64,000 nt of DNA, taken from an uncultured Bacteroidales bacterium. GTDB lineage: Bacteria > Bacteroidota > Bacteroidia > Bacteroidales > Paludibacteraceae. The translations under genes were made by a program, and so were the position numbers. The notes below the pieces were generated by a model. The model was not told the origin of the DNA. It worked only from the letters and a program-made list of their open reading frames with translations, and did not search any database. Below, piece by piece: positions 34,876-44,504 of the stretch. The first letter of the stretch is position 1; every line of letters starts with the position of its first letter. The DNA is taken from the NCBI GenBank assembly GCA_947164985.1, contig CAMUYI010000003.1, positions 41,378 through 105,377 of the forward strand, in the 5' to 3' direction.

Positions 34876-35544
34876 ATGGCAAAGTTCGATAAATTTGAAG
34901 TGATGGCCAAGATTAAGGCCGCACCGATGGTTCCTGTTTTTTACCACAAGGATGTGGAGGTTTGCAAGAACGTGATTAAGGCTTGTTACGAAGGCGGTGT
35001 ACGTGCTTTCGAGTTCACGAACCGAGGCGATTTTGCGCACGAGGTGTTCGGCGAACTGAGCAAGTGGGTAGCTGTAGAGTGTCCGGAACTGGCACTCGGT
35101 ATCGGTAGTGTTGTTGATGCTCCGACAGCTGCTCTGTACTTGCAGTTGGGCGCTAACTTCGTGGTTGGTCCGTTGTTTAACAAGGATATCGCAGTAGTCT
35201 GCAACCGTCGTTGCGTGACCTACTGTCCGGGTTGCCTCACACCGAGCGAGATCGGTGCAGCACAGGAGGTGGGCTGCGACTTCACGAAGGTGTTCCCGGG
35301 CGATGTAGTAGGTCCGAACCTCGTGAAGGGTCTGATGGCTCCGATGCCGTGGTCGAAGATCATGGTTACCGGCGGTGTGGCTCCGGAGAAAGAGAATCTG
35401 GAGAAATGGTTCGCTGCTGGTGTTTACTGCGTAGGTATGGGTAGCAAGCTGTTCCCGAGCGACAAAGTAAAAGCCGGTGACTGGGCCTATGTTACGGCAA
35501 AATGCCGCGAGTGCTTTGACATCATCGCGGGCTGCCGTAAGTAA
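34876..35544 (+). CDS. eda: KDPG / 4-hydroxy-2-oxoglutarate aldolase
   Basis: 222 aa. [18 protein letters not shown] and the FTKVFPG blocks are typical of Eda. Confidence 0.88.
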   Translation: MAKFDKFEVMAKIKAAPMVPVFYHKDVEVCKNVIKACYEGGVRAFEFTNRGDFAHEVFGELSKWVAVECPELALGIGSVVDAPTAALYLQLGANFVVGPLFNKDIAVVCNRRCVTYCPGCLTPSEIGAAQEVGCDFTKVFPGDVVGPNLVKGLMAPMPWSKIMVTGGVAPEKENLEKWFAAGVYCVGMGSKLFPSDKVKAGDWAYVTAKCRECFDIIAGCRK

Positions 35545-35577
35545 TTAAAAATTAAATATTAAGAATTAAAAATTATT
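35543..35577. repeat. Five heptamers (AATTAAA-like) filling the eda-exuT spacer and abutting the ATG
   Basis: aattaaa aattaaa tattaag aattaaa aattatt ATG. Confidence 0.85.
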
Positions 35578-37029
35578 ATGAATGACGTTAAGAAAGCTGT
35601 CATGACCAACTGGCGTTGGGTCATGTGTGCGATGCTCTTCTTCGCCACTACGGTCAATTATATGGATCGTCAGGTTCTGTCGTTGACCTTCAAAGAGTTT
35701 ATTCAACCGGAATTTCACTGGACGGATAACCATTATGGAACGATCACCGGTGTGTTCTCTATAGCGTACGCTATCTTCTGCCTCTTCGCCGGTAAGTTCA
35801 TCGACTGGATGGGTACGAAGAAAGGTTACCTCTGGGCGATCGTGGTATGGTCGTTAGGTGCAGTGATGCACGCGGCTTGTGGTATCGCTACCACTTGGTT
35901 TGTGAACGGTGTAGATAGCGTAGAAGCTTTGCGTGCCGTAGAAGCGGGATCGGCTATCGCCAGTTCGATAGCGATGGTGAGTGTGTGGCTGTTCTTGGCT
36001 TGCCGTATGATCTTGGGTCTCGGTGAGGCAGGTAACTTCCCGGCTGCCATCAAGGTAACCGCAGAGTATTTCCCGAAAACAGACCGTGCGTTTGCTACTG
36101 CATTGTTCAACGCAGGTGCATCGGTAGGTGCGCTCGCAGCTCCGGCTACTATTCCTCTGTTGGCTAAGGCCATGGGATGGGAGATGGCATTCATCATCAT
36201 CGGTGCGCTGGGCTTCCTGTGGGCCGGTATCTGGGTGTTTGTCTATGACAAACCGCAAGAGAGCAAGCATGTGAACGAGGCGGAATTGGCATATATCCAT
36301 TCGGATGAAGCAGATGCCCCGAAAGAGGCTGTCAAAGAGGAACCGCAGATGTCCTTCAAAGAGGCTTTCAAGCATAAACAGACCTGGTCGTTTGCGTTTG
36401 GTAAGTTCATGACCGACGGCGTTTGGTGGTTCTTCCTCTTCTGGGCTCCGGCATATTTCCAGGATCAGTTTGGTATCAAGGCTTCCGATCCGCAAGGTAT
36501 TGCGTTGATTTTCACGCTCTATGCGATCGTGACGGTGGTATCGTTGTTCGGTGGATATCTGCCGAAGATCTTCGTGGAGAAGAAAGGTATGGAGCCTTAT
36601 GCAGGTCGTATGTTGGCGATGTTGATCTTCGCTTTCTTCCCGATCATTGCCCTCTTCGCTCAACCCTTAGGTGGCATCTACGGTCCTTGGGCTGTTGCCA
36701 TCATCATCGGTATCGTAGGTGCAGCTCACCAGAGTTGGAGTGCGAACATCTTCTCGACCACAGGTGATATGTTCCCGAAATCGGCGGTAGCTACTATCAC
36801 CGGTATCGGAGCGATGGCCGGTGGTATCGGTTCGTTCCTGATCAACAAGGGTTCGGGTATGCTCTTTACCCACGCAGAAGAGATGGGTGAAGCATTCCAG
36901 TTCATGGGCTTCAGTGGCAAACCGGCAGGATACATGATCATCTTCTGCATCTGTGCCGTAGCTTACCTGATCGGCTGGAGTGTGATGAAGACTTTAGTAC
37001 CGAAATACGAGCCGGTCGTAGTTAAATAA
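35578..37029 (+). CDS. exuT: MFS transporter, hexuronate (ExuT-like)
   Basis: 12-TM MFS with FFATTVNYMDRQVLS and LGLGEAGNFPAAIK motifs; hexuronate operon context. Confidence 0.8.
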   Translation: MNDVKKAVMTNWRWVMCAMLFFATTVNYMDRQVLSLTFKEFIQPEFHWTDNHYGTITGVFSIAYAIFCLFAGKFIDWMGTKKGYLWAIVVWSLGAVMHAACGIATTWFVNGVDSVEALRAVEAGSAIASSIAMVSVWLFLACRMILGLGEAGNFPAAIKVTAEYFPKTDRAFATALFNAGASVGALAAPATIPLLAKAMGWEMAFIIIGALGFLWAGIWVFVYDKPQESKHVNEAELAYIHSDEADAPKEAVKEEPQMSFKEAFKHKQTWSFAFGKFMTDGVWWFFLFWAPAYFQDQFGIKASDPQGIALIFTLYAIVTVVSLFGGYLPKIFVEKKGMEPYAGRMLAMLIFAFFPIIALFAQPLGGIYGPWAVAIIIGIVGAAHQSWSANIFSTTGDMFPKSAVATITGIGAMAGGIGSFLINKGSGMLFTHAEEMGEAFQFMGFSGKPAGYMIIFCICAVAYLIGWSVMKTLVPKYEPVVVK

Positions 37030-37924
37030 ACTGAATAATAGCTAAAGCCGTCATGGCTTCGACGACGGGCACGGCGCGAGTGGCAACACACGCGTCGTGT
37101 CTTCCTTTTATACCGGCTTTGGGTGTGGAGGGAGTGGGCTTGAATACACAACGGAAAATGATTTCGGAACCATCGGAAATACCGCCGGAGATGCCACCGG
37201 AGAGGTGGTTGATGGCAGAGCCGGGTTGTGTGACACCGCCAAAGCCGGTACCATATTCAAAACCTTTGCAGGCATTGATGCTCATGACCGCAAAAGCGAG
37301 ATGGGCTTGCAGTTTGTCGAAGATCGGTTCGCCTGTGCCTACCGGCAGACCGTTGATGCGACATTCGATGATACCGCCGATTGAATCGCCGTCTTTCTGA
37401 TAAGCGGCGATCGTGTCAGCGAACTTGGCAGGATCAGTTTCTGCGCCTACTTGTATTAGGTCCGCCTGTATGTGAATGCCTTTTTGTGCTAATTCCTGTT
37501 TGGCGATGCATCCGGTCACGACGCGGGCTGCTGTCTCGCGGGCTGAGGCTCTGCCTCCGCCTCTCCAATCGCGGATACCATATTTCTGTTCATAAACTTT
37601 GTCGGCATGTCCGACGCGATAGGTGTGTTTTAGATATTCATAGTCTTCCGGTCGCGCATTCTTGTTGCGAATGATGAACGCGATCGGTGTGCCGAGCGTG
37701 ACACCGTCCATGATACCGGATAACCATTCCACTTCGTCGGGTTCATGTTGTGCACGTTGAGAGGCGCCTGTAACACCTTTTCCGGCACGGCGTTCCAACT
37801 CTTCGCGGATCATAGCAAAGTCAATATGCAGACCTGCCGGTACGCCGTCCAATACACCTCCTATCGCTGCTCCGTGGGACTCGCCGAAGCTCGTAAACGT
37901 CCATTTATCGCCAAACGTATTCAT
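37022..37924 (-). CDS. aroC: Chorismate synthase (compact form, 300 aa)
   Basis: FGESHG, VGHADKVYEQKYGIRDWRGGGRASARETAARV, MSINACKG and KGRHDACV signatures. Start reset to the ATG at 37924; the track start at 37948 is a TTG. A TAAATTTG -7 box lies at 37946..37953 on the minus strand. Confidence 0.88.
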   Translation of the reverse strand: MNTFGDKWTFTSFGESHGAAIGGVLDGVPAGLHIDFAMIREELERRAGKGVTGASQRAQHEPDEVEWLSGIMDGVTLGTPIAFIIRNKNARPEDYEYLKHTYRVGHADKVYEQKYGIRDWRGGGRASARETAARVVTGCIAKQELAQKGIHIQADLIQVGAETDPAKFADTIAAYQKDGDSIGGIIECRINGLPVGTGEPIFDKLQAHLAFAVMSINACKGFEYGTGFGGVTQPGSAINHLSGGISGGISDGSEIIFRCVFKPTPSTPKAGIKGRHDACVATRAVPVVEAMTALAIIQFI

Positions 37925-38026
37925 CTTTTTCCAATAAATCGACTGCAAATTTAATCAAAAATTTCTATTTACACAAGTAAATGCGATTATTTTTGATAAA
38001 ATTTTGCATATATGCAAATTATTTTG

Positions 38027-38034
38027 TAACTTTG
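38027..38034 (+). promoter_or_regulatory. Candidate -7 box (TAACTTTG) downstream of the palindrome TTGCATATATGCAA
   Basis: Exact TAnnTTTG. The palindrome at 38004..38017 can supply TTGC -33 elements in both directions (aroC on the minus strand, GT2 on the plus strand). Confidence 0.5.
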
Positions 38035-38105
38035 CGGCGAATTTGTGTAATAATGAGGGTGAGAAATTGAATTGGAGTGATTTTAATACGGTTGATTATT
38101 GCCTG

Positions 38106-39227
38106 ATGGGGGCTTTGGCACTGCTTTTTGTGGTGCAGGTATGTATCTACGCGATTTGTCTCGCGGCACCGGCTCGTGCCATCAGGGGAAAGAAGAAACA
38201 CTTGCATATCGATGCACCATCTACGGATGAACTTCCGGGTGTATCGGTTATTCTTTGTGCGCATAATGAGCGAGAGAACTTATCGAACTACCTGCAGTCC
38301 TTGTTGACGCAGGACTATCCGACATATGAGGTGATTGTGGTGGATGATGGTTCGGAAGATGACACACGGGAAATCGTGGAGCGTTATATGGTGCACGATG
38401 ATCGTCTGCACCTGACTTTTGTGCCTTATGGCGCACGCGTGGGTTCGACGAAGAAATTGGCTCTGACCTTAGCGGCCAAGGCGGCTAAGTATGATTTCCT
38501 GTTGCTGACCGATGCCGATTGTGTGGCAGAAAGTAACTTATGGATCCGTGCGATGATGCAGGGTTTTGCGCCGGACAAGGATATCGTATTGGGTTTCAGT
38601 CCTTATCTTGTAGAACCCGGACATGTGAACCGCTTGGTTCGTTACGACACGCTCTTTAACGGTCTGCACTATATGGGAGCTGCCCTTTGTGGACATCCGT
38701 ATATGGGCGTGGGACGTAACTTGGCGTACCGCAAGTCGCTTTTCTTTGAGTCTGGTGGTTTTACGCACTTGATGACCAACAATGCAGGGGATGACGATTT
38801 GTTTGTGAACCATGTAGCCACGAAGACGAATACGGCTGTAGTACTGCAACGGGAGAGTCTGATGTGGTCGGTGCCTAAGCGAACGATGCAAGAGTGGTGG
38901 CAGCAGAAAAGAAGACATCTGTCCGTCTCTCCAGCCTATAAACTATCCACGAAGATTCGCTTGACGATGGAGCCTCTGACACGCGGACTCTTCTATGCGT
39001 TGGTGCTTTTTATCGTTATTAGATATCAGTGGTCAGTGATCAGCTTGGCAGCGTTAGGCCTGTTCCTGTTGCGTTGGATGCTCCAGACCGCTATACTCAA
39101 TGTGTCGGCACGACGGATGGGATGGAAACGGTTCTGCATGGCCAGTGTGTTGTGGTTTGATATCACCCTTCCGTTGGTGAACCTCTGGATGCTGGCGGTA
39201 CCGAAGAAAAACAAGAAAAAATGGTAA
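38106..39227 (+). CDS. Glycosyltransferase family 2, membrane-anchored
   Basis: VSVILCAHNE...YEVIVVDDGSEDDT...LLLTDADC GT-A motifs, with TM helices at both ends. The track start at 38004 is a TTG that lies upstream of the promoter. The first in-frame ATG after the -7 box is at 38106, but the true start is uncertain. Confidence 0.75.
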   Translation: MGALALLFVVQVCIYAICLAAPARAIRGKKKHLHIDAPSTDELPGVSVILCAHNERENLSNYLQSLLTQDYPTYEVIVVDDGSEDDTREIVERYMVHDDRLHLTFVPYGARVGSTKKLALTLAAKAAKYDFLLLTDADCVAESNLWIRAMMQGFAPDKDIVLGFSPYLVEPGHVNRLVRYDTLFNGLHYMGAALCGHPYMGVGRNLAYRKSLFFESGGFTHLMTNNAGDDDLFVNHVATKTNTAVVLQRESLMWSVPKRTMQEWWQQKRRHLSVSPAYKLSTKIRLTMEPLTRGLFYALVLFIVIRYQWSVISLAALGLFLLRWMLQTAILNVSARRMGWKRFCMASVLWFDITLPLVNLWMLAVPKKNKKKW

Positions 39228-39249
39228 ATAATTTTAAAGTTGAAAGAAT

Positions 39250-39555
39250 ATGGCAGAGAAAGAATTGAAGATTAACATTGCCCCGGATAAAGCACAGGGC
39301 GTGTTCGCAAACTTAGCGCTTATCGCGCATACTCCTACGGAGTTCGTGTTGGATTTTGCACAACTGATGCCGGGCGTTCCGCAGGCTAATGTAGTGGCTC
39401 GCGTAGTGGTAACACCGGATCAGGCAAAGAAGATCCTCGGCGCATTGCAGAATAATATCGGTCAATACGAGCAGAAGTTCGGTACGATTCAACCGATCGG
39501 CGGACCTGCTCACGGCAACACATTACCCTTAACATTTACAGGAGGAGAAGCATGA
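39250..39555 (+). CDS. DUF3467 family protein
   Basis: 101 aa. GVFANLALIAHTPTEFVLDF and ARVVVTPDQAKKIL are typical of DUF3467. Confidence 0.75.
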   Translation: MAEKELKINIAPDKAQGVFANLALIAHTPTEFVLDFAQLMPGVPQANVVARVVVTPDQAKKILGALQNNIGQYEQKFGTIQPIGGPAHGNTLPLTFTGGEA

Positions 39556-40427
39556 AAACATTCCCGGCATCGCAGTTGATCATCAATGCGGATGGTTCTG
39601 CGTTTCATTTACATCTTAAACCGGAATTCTTGGCGGACAAGGTCATCCTTGTCGGCGACCAGGACCGTGTGAATATGGTAGCATCTTTCTTTGACGAAGG
39701 ATCTATCGAGTGCGACGTTCAGAGTCGTGAGTTCCACACCATTACCGGTAAGTTCCAAGGCAAACGTATCTCGTGTATCTCGACGGGTATCGGTACGGAT
39801 AACTGTGATATCGTGATGAATGAGATCGATGCATTGGCAAATATCGACTTCGCTACCCGCACCGAGAAGGAGAACAAGCGCTGCTTGGATATCGTGCGTA
39901 TCGGTACCTGCGGCGGTATGCAAGAAGACATTCCTCTGGGAACATTCCTTGTTAGCCAGAAATCGATCGGTTTCGATGGTGTCTTGGCTTTCTATGAGGA
40001 CCGCGACAAGATTGCTGATGTAGGCTTTGAGAAGGCGCTCGTGGATTTCATCGGCTATCCGAAGAAAGCGGCTGTACCGTACGTAGTAGCTGCGAACCCG
40101 GAGTTGGTAGATCGCATCGCAAAGGACGATATGATGCGTGGTTGTACGATTGCTGCGAACGGTTTCTACGGTCCGCAAGGTCGCGTACTGCGTGTACCTC
40201 TGGCTGTACCCGATATCAACGAGAAGATCACTGCTTTCCGTTATGAGGGGCAGCGTATCACGAACTACGAGATGGAAGGAAGCTGTATCGCCGGTCTGGC
40301 GCTGCATATGGGGCACAAAGCGATGACCGTTTGCTGCGTCATCGCACAGCGTAAGATCGAAGCAGCTAACACCGATTATAAACCGCGTATCAAAGAGTTG
40401 GTACGCACTGTACTTGAGCGTATCTAA
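39552..40427 (+). CDS. Nucleoside phosphorylase (PNP/UDP-1 family)
   Basis: KVILVGDQDRV, ISTGIGTDN, RIGTCGG and NYEMEG blocks. Confidence 0.8.
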   Translation: MKTFPASQLIINADGSAFHLHLKPEFLADKVILVGDQDRVNMVASFFDEGSIECDVQSREFHTITGKFQGKRISCISTGIGTDNCDIVMNEIDALANIDFATRTEKENKRCLDIVRIGTCGGMQEDIPLGTFLVSQKSIGFDGVLAFYEDRDKIADVGFEKALVDFIGYPKKAAVPYVVAANPELVDRIAKDDMMRGCTIAANGFYGPQGRVLRVPLAVPDINEKITAFRYEGQRITNYEMEGSCIAGLALHMGHKAMTVCCVIAQRKIEAANTDYKPRIKELVRTVLERI

Positions 40428-42415
40428 TGAAAAAACATTTTGCAATTATCTTGGCAGCCGTGGGGATTCTCTGCGGCTGTCAAAAGAAAGAAACCTCTTT
40501 CCAATACAACGTGGATAAGTTCTATGACCTTGAGATCCTTCGGTATGACGTACCGCAGTTTGAGAGTTTGACGCTGCAACAAAAGCAGTTAGTGTATTGC
40601 CTGAGTGAGGCAGCTTTGTGGGGACGCGACATCTTGTTTGACCAAAACGGGCGTTATAACCTGCGTATCCGTCGTACGCTCGAGGCACTGTACCTCAACT
40701 ATCCGTACGAGAAGGATACCGAGGAGTTCGCTGCTTTTGAGCGTTACCTCAAGCGTGTATGGTTCTCGAATGGTATCCACCATCATTATTCGGAGGATAA
40801 GTTCCTGCCGGAATTTGGTGAGGAATGGTTCGTGAAGGCTTGCGAGCAAGCAGGGGTGGAGTATGACGCTGCGATTTTGCCGGTGATGTTTGATCCGGCG
40901 GTTATGCCGAAACGCATGACCGCTCAGGACGGAATCGACCTGGTGGCTAACTCTGCCGGTAACTATTACGGCGAGGGTGTGACACAAGCGGAGGCAGAAG
41001 CATGGTATGCAGCACACAAAGATAATAGTCCAGAACCGCTGTGGATCGGTCTGAATAGCCAACTCGTCAAGAACGAGAAAGGTGAGATCGAGGAGCGCGT
41101 GTATAAGGTAGGCGGCCTTTATGGTCCGGCATTGGAGAAAGTAGTGTTCTGGCTCAATGAGGCTTTACAGTACGCCGAGACAGACCAGCAACGCGAGGTG
41201 CTTAACAAACTCATTGCCTTCAATGAGACCGGTGACCTGAAGTTATTCAACGAGTACTGTATTGCATGGGTGAAAGACCTGGATAGCCGCGTGGATTTCG
41301 TGAACGGTTTCACCGAGACGTACAGCGATCCGTTGGGCATTACGGGTACATGGGAGTCGATGGTTAACTTCAAAGATCTGGCAGCTACCAAACGTACCCA
41401 ACTCATCTCGGACAACGCACAATGGTTCGAGGACCACTCCACGACCGATCCGAAATACAAGAAAGAAGAAGTCAAGGGTGTGACGGCCAAGGTCATTACG
41501 GCAGCGATGCTTGCCGGTGATTGCTATCCAGCCACGCCGATCGGTATCAACCTGCCGAACGCTAACTGGATTCGCAAAGAGTACGGTTCGAAGTCCGTGA
41601 CCATCGACAACTTGATGCACGCGTATAACGAGGCGGCAAAGGGTAACGGCTTCAACGAGGAGTTCATGATCGACGACGAGATTCGTGCGATCTATGAGAA
41701 ATACGGCGCTATGTGCGGCGACTTGCATACCGATCTGCACGAGTGCGTGGGACATGGTTCCGGCAAACTGATGCCGGGTGTAACCAAAGATGCGCTCAAA
41801 GAGCATGCTTCGACGATCGAAGAGGCACGTGCGGACTTGTTCGGACTCTATTATCTGGCGGACGACAAACTTGTGGAGTTGGGGCTGCTGCCGAACAAAG
41901 AGGCGTATAAAGCCGGTTATTATCAGCAGATGATGAACGGTCTGATGACGCAACTCGTGCGTATTGAGCCGGGTAAGGACATCGAGGAAGCGCATATGCG
42001 GAATCGCCAACTCATCGCTAACTGGTGTTATCAGCACGCGAACGGTGAGATGGAGATCATCGAGCGGGGCGGTAAACACTACCTGCAGATCAATGATTAC
42101 GAAGGTGTTCGTCGCTTGTATGGTGAGTTGCTGGCAGAGATTCAGCGGATCACGTCGGAAGGCGACTATGCGGCCGCCAAAGAGATGGTGGAAACGTACG
42201 CCGTTAAGGTAGATTCTGAATTGCACAAAGAGATTTTGGAGCGCTATCAAAAACTCGACCTTGCACCGTATAAAGGTTTCGTGAATCCGGTTTACTGCGT
42301 AGAGCGCAATAAGAAAGGTGAGATCACGGACATCAAACTAGATTTCACCGAAGGTTACATCGAGCAGCACTTGCGTTATTCGAAAGAGTATAGTCCGTTA
42401 CCGGATGTCAATTAA
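40427..42415 (+). CDS. Dipeptidyl-peptidase III family (peptidase M49) lipoprotein
   Basis: Lipoprotein signal ILAAVGILCGC. Zinc motifs HECVGHGSG and EEARADLF correspond to the M49 HExxGH / EExR(A)E signature. Confidence 0.88.
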   Translation: MKKHFAIILAAVGILCGCQKKETSFQYNVDKFYDLEILRYDVPQFESLTLQQKQLVYCLSEAALWGRDILFDQNGRYNLRIRRTLEALYLNYPYEKDTEEFAAFERYLKRVWFSNGIHHHYSEDKFLPEFGEEWFVKACEQAGVEYDAAILPVMFDPAVMPKRMTAQDGIDLVANSAGNYYGEGVTQAEAEAWYAAHKDNSPEPLWIGLNSQLVKNEKGEIEERVYKVGGLYGPALEKVVFWLNEALQYAETDQQREVLNKLIAFNETGDLKLFNEYCIAWVKDLDSRVDFVNGFTETYSDPLGITGTWESMVNFKDLAATKRTQLISDNAQWFEDHSTTDPKYKKEEVKGVTAKVITAAMLAGDCYPATPIGINLPNANWIRKEYGSKSVTIDNLMHAYNEAAKGNGFNEEFMIDDEIRAIYEKYGAMCGDLHTDLHECVGHGSGKLMPGVTKDALKEHASTIEEARADLFGLYYLADDKLVELGLLPNKEAYKAGYYQQMMNGLMTQLVRIEPGKDIEEAHMRNRQLIANWCYQHANGEMEIIERGGKHYLQINDYEGVRRLYGELLAEIQRITSEGDYAAAKEMVETYAVKVDSELHKEILERYQKLDLAPYKGFVNPVYCVERNKKGEITDIKLDFTEGYIEQHLRYSKEYSPLPDVN

Positions 42416-44027
42416 ACTGCCGATATCGAAATCTATAGCCAACAGAATTCTGTTGTTGCAAGCTATCCATGGAGATCCGCTTATGCGGGTCTCTTCGGAT
42501 ATGCCTGATGATGTGATCGTGCTGCACGATGCCCTGATGGCATTGCGCGCACATAAGAAAGGCGAACCGCTGACCATCTATCTCAAGAACTGCGGTACGG
42601 CATTGCGCTTCTTGCAAGTCCATCTCGTCAAATGCTATCCCGGCGAACCGATCACCCTTACCGGCGATCCGCGACTTATGGAGCGGGATGGAAAACCCAC
42701 CTCACAAACCACCTCTGCGCGCATCTTGTATGGCGAGAATATTCCGGTTGAGCCCAACGAGTCACCCTATATCACCATGTCCCGCAAGATAGCGGAGGCT
42801 TATCCGAAAGTGGAGTTAGAGGCTGATTGGAGTAGTGCTGCTTTCTGGTATGAGTATGTGGCGATTCATGGCGGTTCATTACACCTCGAAGGCCTTACTT
42901 CCGATAGCCTTCAGGGCGACAAAGTGGTAGCAGATATCTATGCCAACTATTTCGGCGTAACCACTACTTTCACATCTACCGGCGCCGTGGTCAACAAGGA
43001 GGCATCAGCTATGCATCAGCTATGCATCCTAGACTTTACCCCTTATCCCGACCTATATCCAGCGGTAGCATTGACGTGTGAACGTTTAGGAATAGAATTG
43101 CAGGCTACTGGTATAGAGAATCTGCGTCATAAAGAATCCGATCGCATAGAAGCGGTACGACTTCATGAAGTAAGGAACGACCACCGCATGGCGATGAGTC
43201 TTATGTGTGCGGACTATCCGGTGTCGATCGAAGAACAAGCCTGCATCGCGAAGAGTTATCCGAATTTCGTACCGGAACATATTACGCCGATTAAGGGTGT
43301 TAATGATGACAATTTAGGTAAAAAACATGCATTGTCTAAATTGATCCATGCGGCAACGAGTGAGTATGTGTGGCTGCACGATGATGATGTGGTTTTGCCC
43401 GAGGCTTGCGAAAAGGCGGTCGTGTTAGACGGAGACTTAATTATTCTGCCGCTTCGCATGGAGAGTCTTTACGACAAACCTTCTTTATTAGAGCGACTCC
43501 AGATAGCCGAATACGCGGCGATACAGGAACTCACTATGCGTTCTGCCAAAAGCGGCAAAGCGGTCATGTGTTCCGGGGCGAATCTTATTGTCAAAAGAGA
43601 GGTGTGGTTAGAGTGTGAAAAAGACTTACATCCCGAGATTCCGAGCGGTGATGACATGTTCTTGTTAGAGGCGGTTAAGCGTCACGGTTATAAGATTAAG
43701 GTAATCGATGAGCCTGCATATACGGCTGTAGTTCGTCCGCTGACAAGTTGGAAAGCGTTTTTCAGGCAGCGAATGCGTTGGGCAGGGAAGGCACCGAAAT
43801 ATACCGACCGTGACATCATCCGTTGTGGACGTCTTGTGGCTGCGGCGAATATACTGCAGATTCTTTGTCCGCTGATCATTCTGATTAAGTTCCCGATAGA
43901 GTACAAGCTTATTAAAGCAAGAGAACCACGTACTTCTTGGTACGTGGCTCTGCTCTTGGAGATTGCCTATCCCTTCTACATCCTCTTATCCCTCCTCGGC
44001 GGCCTCTTCCGCCAGAAGAAATGGTGA
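42405..44027 (+). CDS. Fusion protein: shortened EPSP-synthase (AroA)-like domain + GT2-like glycosyltransferase domain with C-terminal TM helices
   Basis: Residues 1 to about 300: LPISKSIANRILLL, CGTALRFL, EADWSSAAFWYE, HKESDRI and DHRMAMS are AroA blocks, but with large internal gaps. Residues from about 300 to 540: VWLHDDDVVLP, GANLIVKREVW, GDDMFLLEAV and RQRMRWAGK are GT2 blocks, followed by 2 TM helices. Confidence 0.7.
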   Translation: MSIKLPISKSIANRILLLQAIHGDPLMRVSSDMPDDVIVLHDALMALRAHKKGEPLTIYLKNCGTALRFLQVHLVKCYPGEPITLTGDPRLMERDGKPTSQTTSARILYGENIPVEPNESPYITMSRKIAEAYPKVELEADWSSAAFWYEYVAIHGGSLHLEGLTSDSLQGDKVVADIYANYFGVTTTFTSTGAVVNKEASAMHQLCILDFTPYPDLYPAVALTCERLGIELQATGIENLRHKESDRIEAVRLHEVRNDHRMAMSLMCADYPVSIEEQACIAKSYPNFVPEHITPIKGVNDDNLGKKHALSKLIHAATSEYVWLHDDDVVLPEACEKAVVLDGDLIILPLRMESLYDKPSLLERLQIAEYAAIQELTMRSAKSGKAVMCSGANLIVKREVWLECEKDLHPEIPSGDDMFLLEAVKRHGYKIKVIDEPAYTAVVRPLTSWKAFFRQRMRWAGKAPKYTDRDIIRCGRLVAAANILQILCPLIILIKFPIEYKLIKAREPRTSWYVALLLEIAYPFYILLSLLGGLFRQKKW

Positions 44028-44054
44028 TGTACGATTGTCCCCTATTATAGAACT

Positions 44055-44087
44055 CAACAAGGGGTCAACAAGGGGTCAAGAAGGGTA
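44055..44087. repeat. 11-nt tandem array (CAACAAGGGGT x2, CAAGAAGGGTA)
   Basis: Read directly. Confidence 0.85.
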
Positions 44088-44216
44088 ATCCTAGACCATT
44101 GCCGGTATCCTTTCGTTTCCATTGCGGACGTTTTAGTCCCATAAATTTTATGCAAAACCTTCGTGAAAAACTGCGATTTTGCAAATTGTTTGCATGACCT
44201 CCCCTCTTCTTTAAGC

Positions 44217-44242
44217 AAAAAGCACCCGCAAGTCGCGAGTGC
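44217..44242 (-). terminator. Intrinsic terminator ending the giant-LRR / small-ORF transcription unit
   Basis: Minus strand reads gcactcgc-gactt-gcgggtgc followed by TTTTT (8-bp stem with one G-U pair). Confidence 0.7.
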
Positions 44243-44305
44243 TTTCGTTATATGGGATGTTATTCCCCTTTCCGTCAGATTCCCTAATGAATCAAGGAAC
44301 CTCGG

Positions 44306-44461
44306 TTACAATTGTATGTCCGTTGTTGCGTTCGGAGTAAAGGTCGAAAGGGGTATGCCCGGTTCAGGTGTACTGCCTCCACCTCCGCTAGCGCAGAGCG
44401 TTTGAATCATTTCCAGTTCCGTTACCTTGACGGATGGCTGTACATAAATATATTTTTTCAT
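44306..44461 (-). CDS. Small ORF (51 aa) with strong Shine-Dalgarno: MKKYIYVQPSVKVTELEMIQTLCASGGGGSTPEPGIPLSTFTPNATTDIQL
   Basis: Too short for the ORF track; hand-translated. AAGGAGGA lies 7 nt upstream of the ATG, 43 nt downstream of the giant gene stop and upstream of the terminator. Confidence 0.5.
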   Translation of the reverse strand: MKKYIYVQPSVKVTELEMIQTLCASGGGGSTPEPGIPLSTFTPNATTDIQL

Positions 44462-44504
44462 TGTTGTGTCCTCCTTATTTTATGATTTCTTAGCTTACGC
44501 ACGA

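Noticed and set aside
37022-37029. 8-nt convergent overlap of the exuT and aroC 3' ends.
   Set aside because: Short tail-to-tail overlaps are common and need no special explanation.
38004-38017. Palindromes TTGCATATATGCAA (38004..38017 and 62655..62668) as operator sites.
   Set aside because: Both sit between divergent genes at the right distance from TAnnTTTG boxes on each strand. They are more simply explained as back-to-back TTGC -33 elements of bidirectional promoters.
44163-44405. ORF 44163..44405 (+), 80 aa.
   Set aside because: It overlaps the minus-strand terminator and the better-supported SD-led small ORF on the opposite strand, and has no start context.
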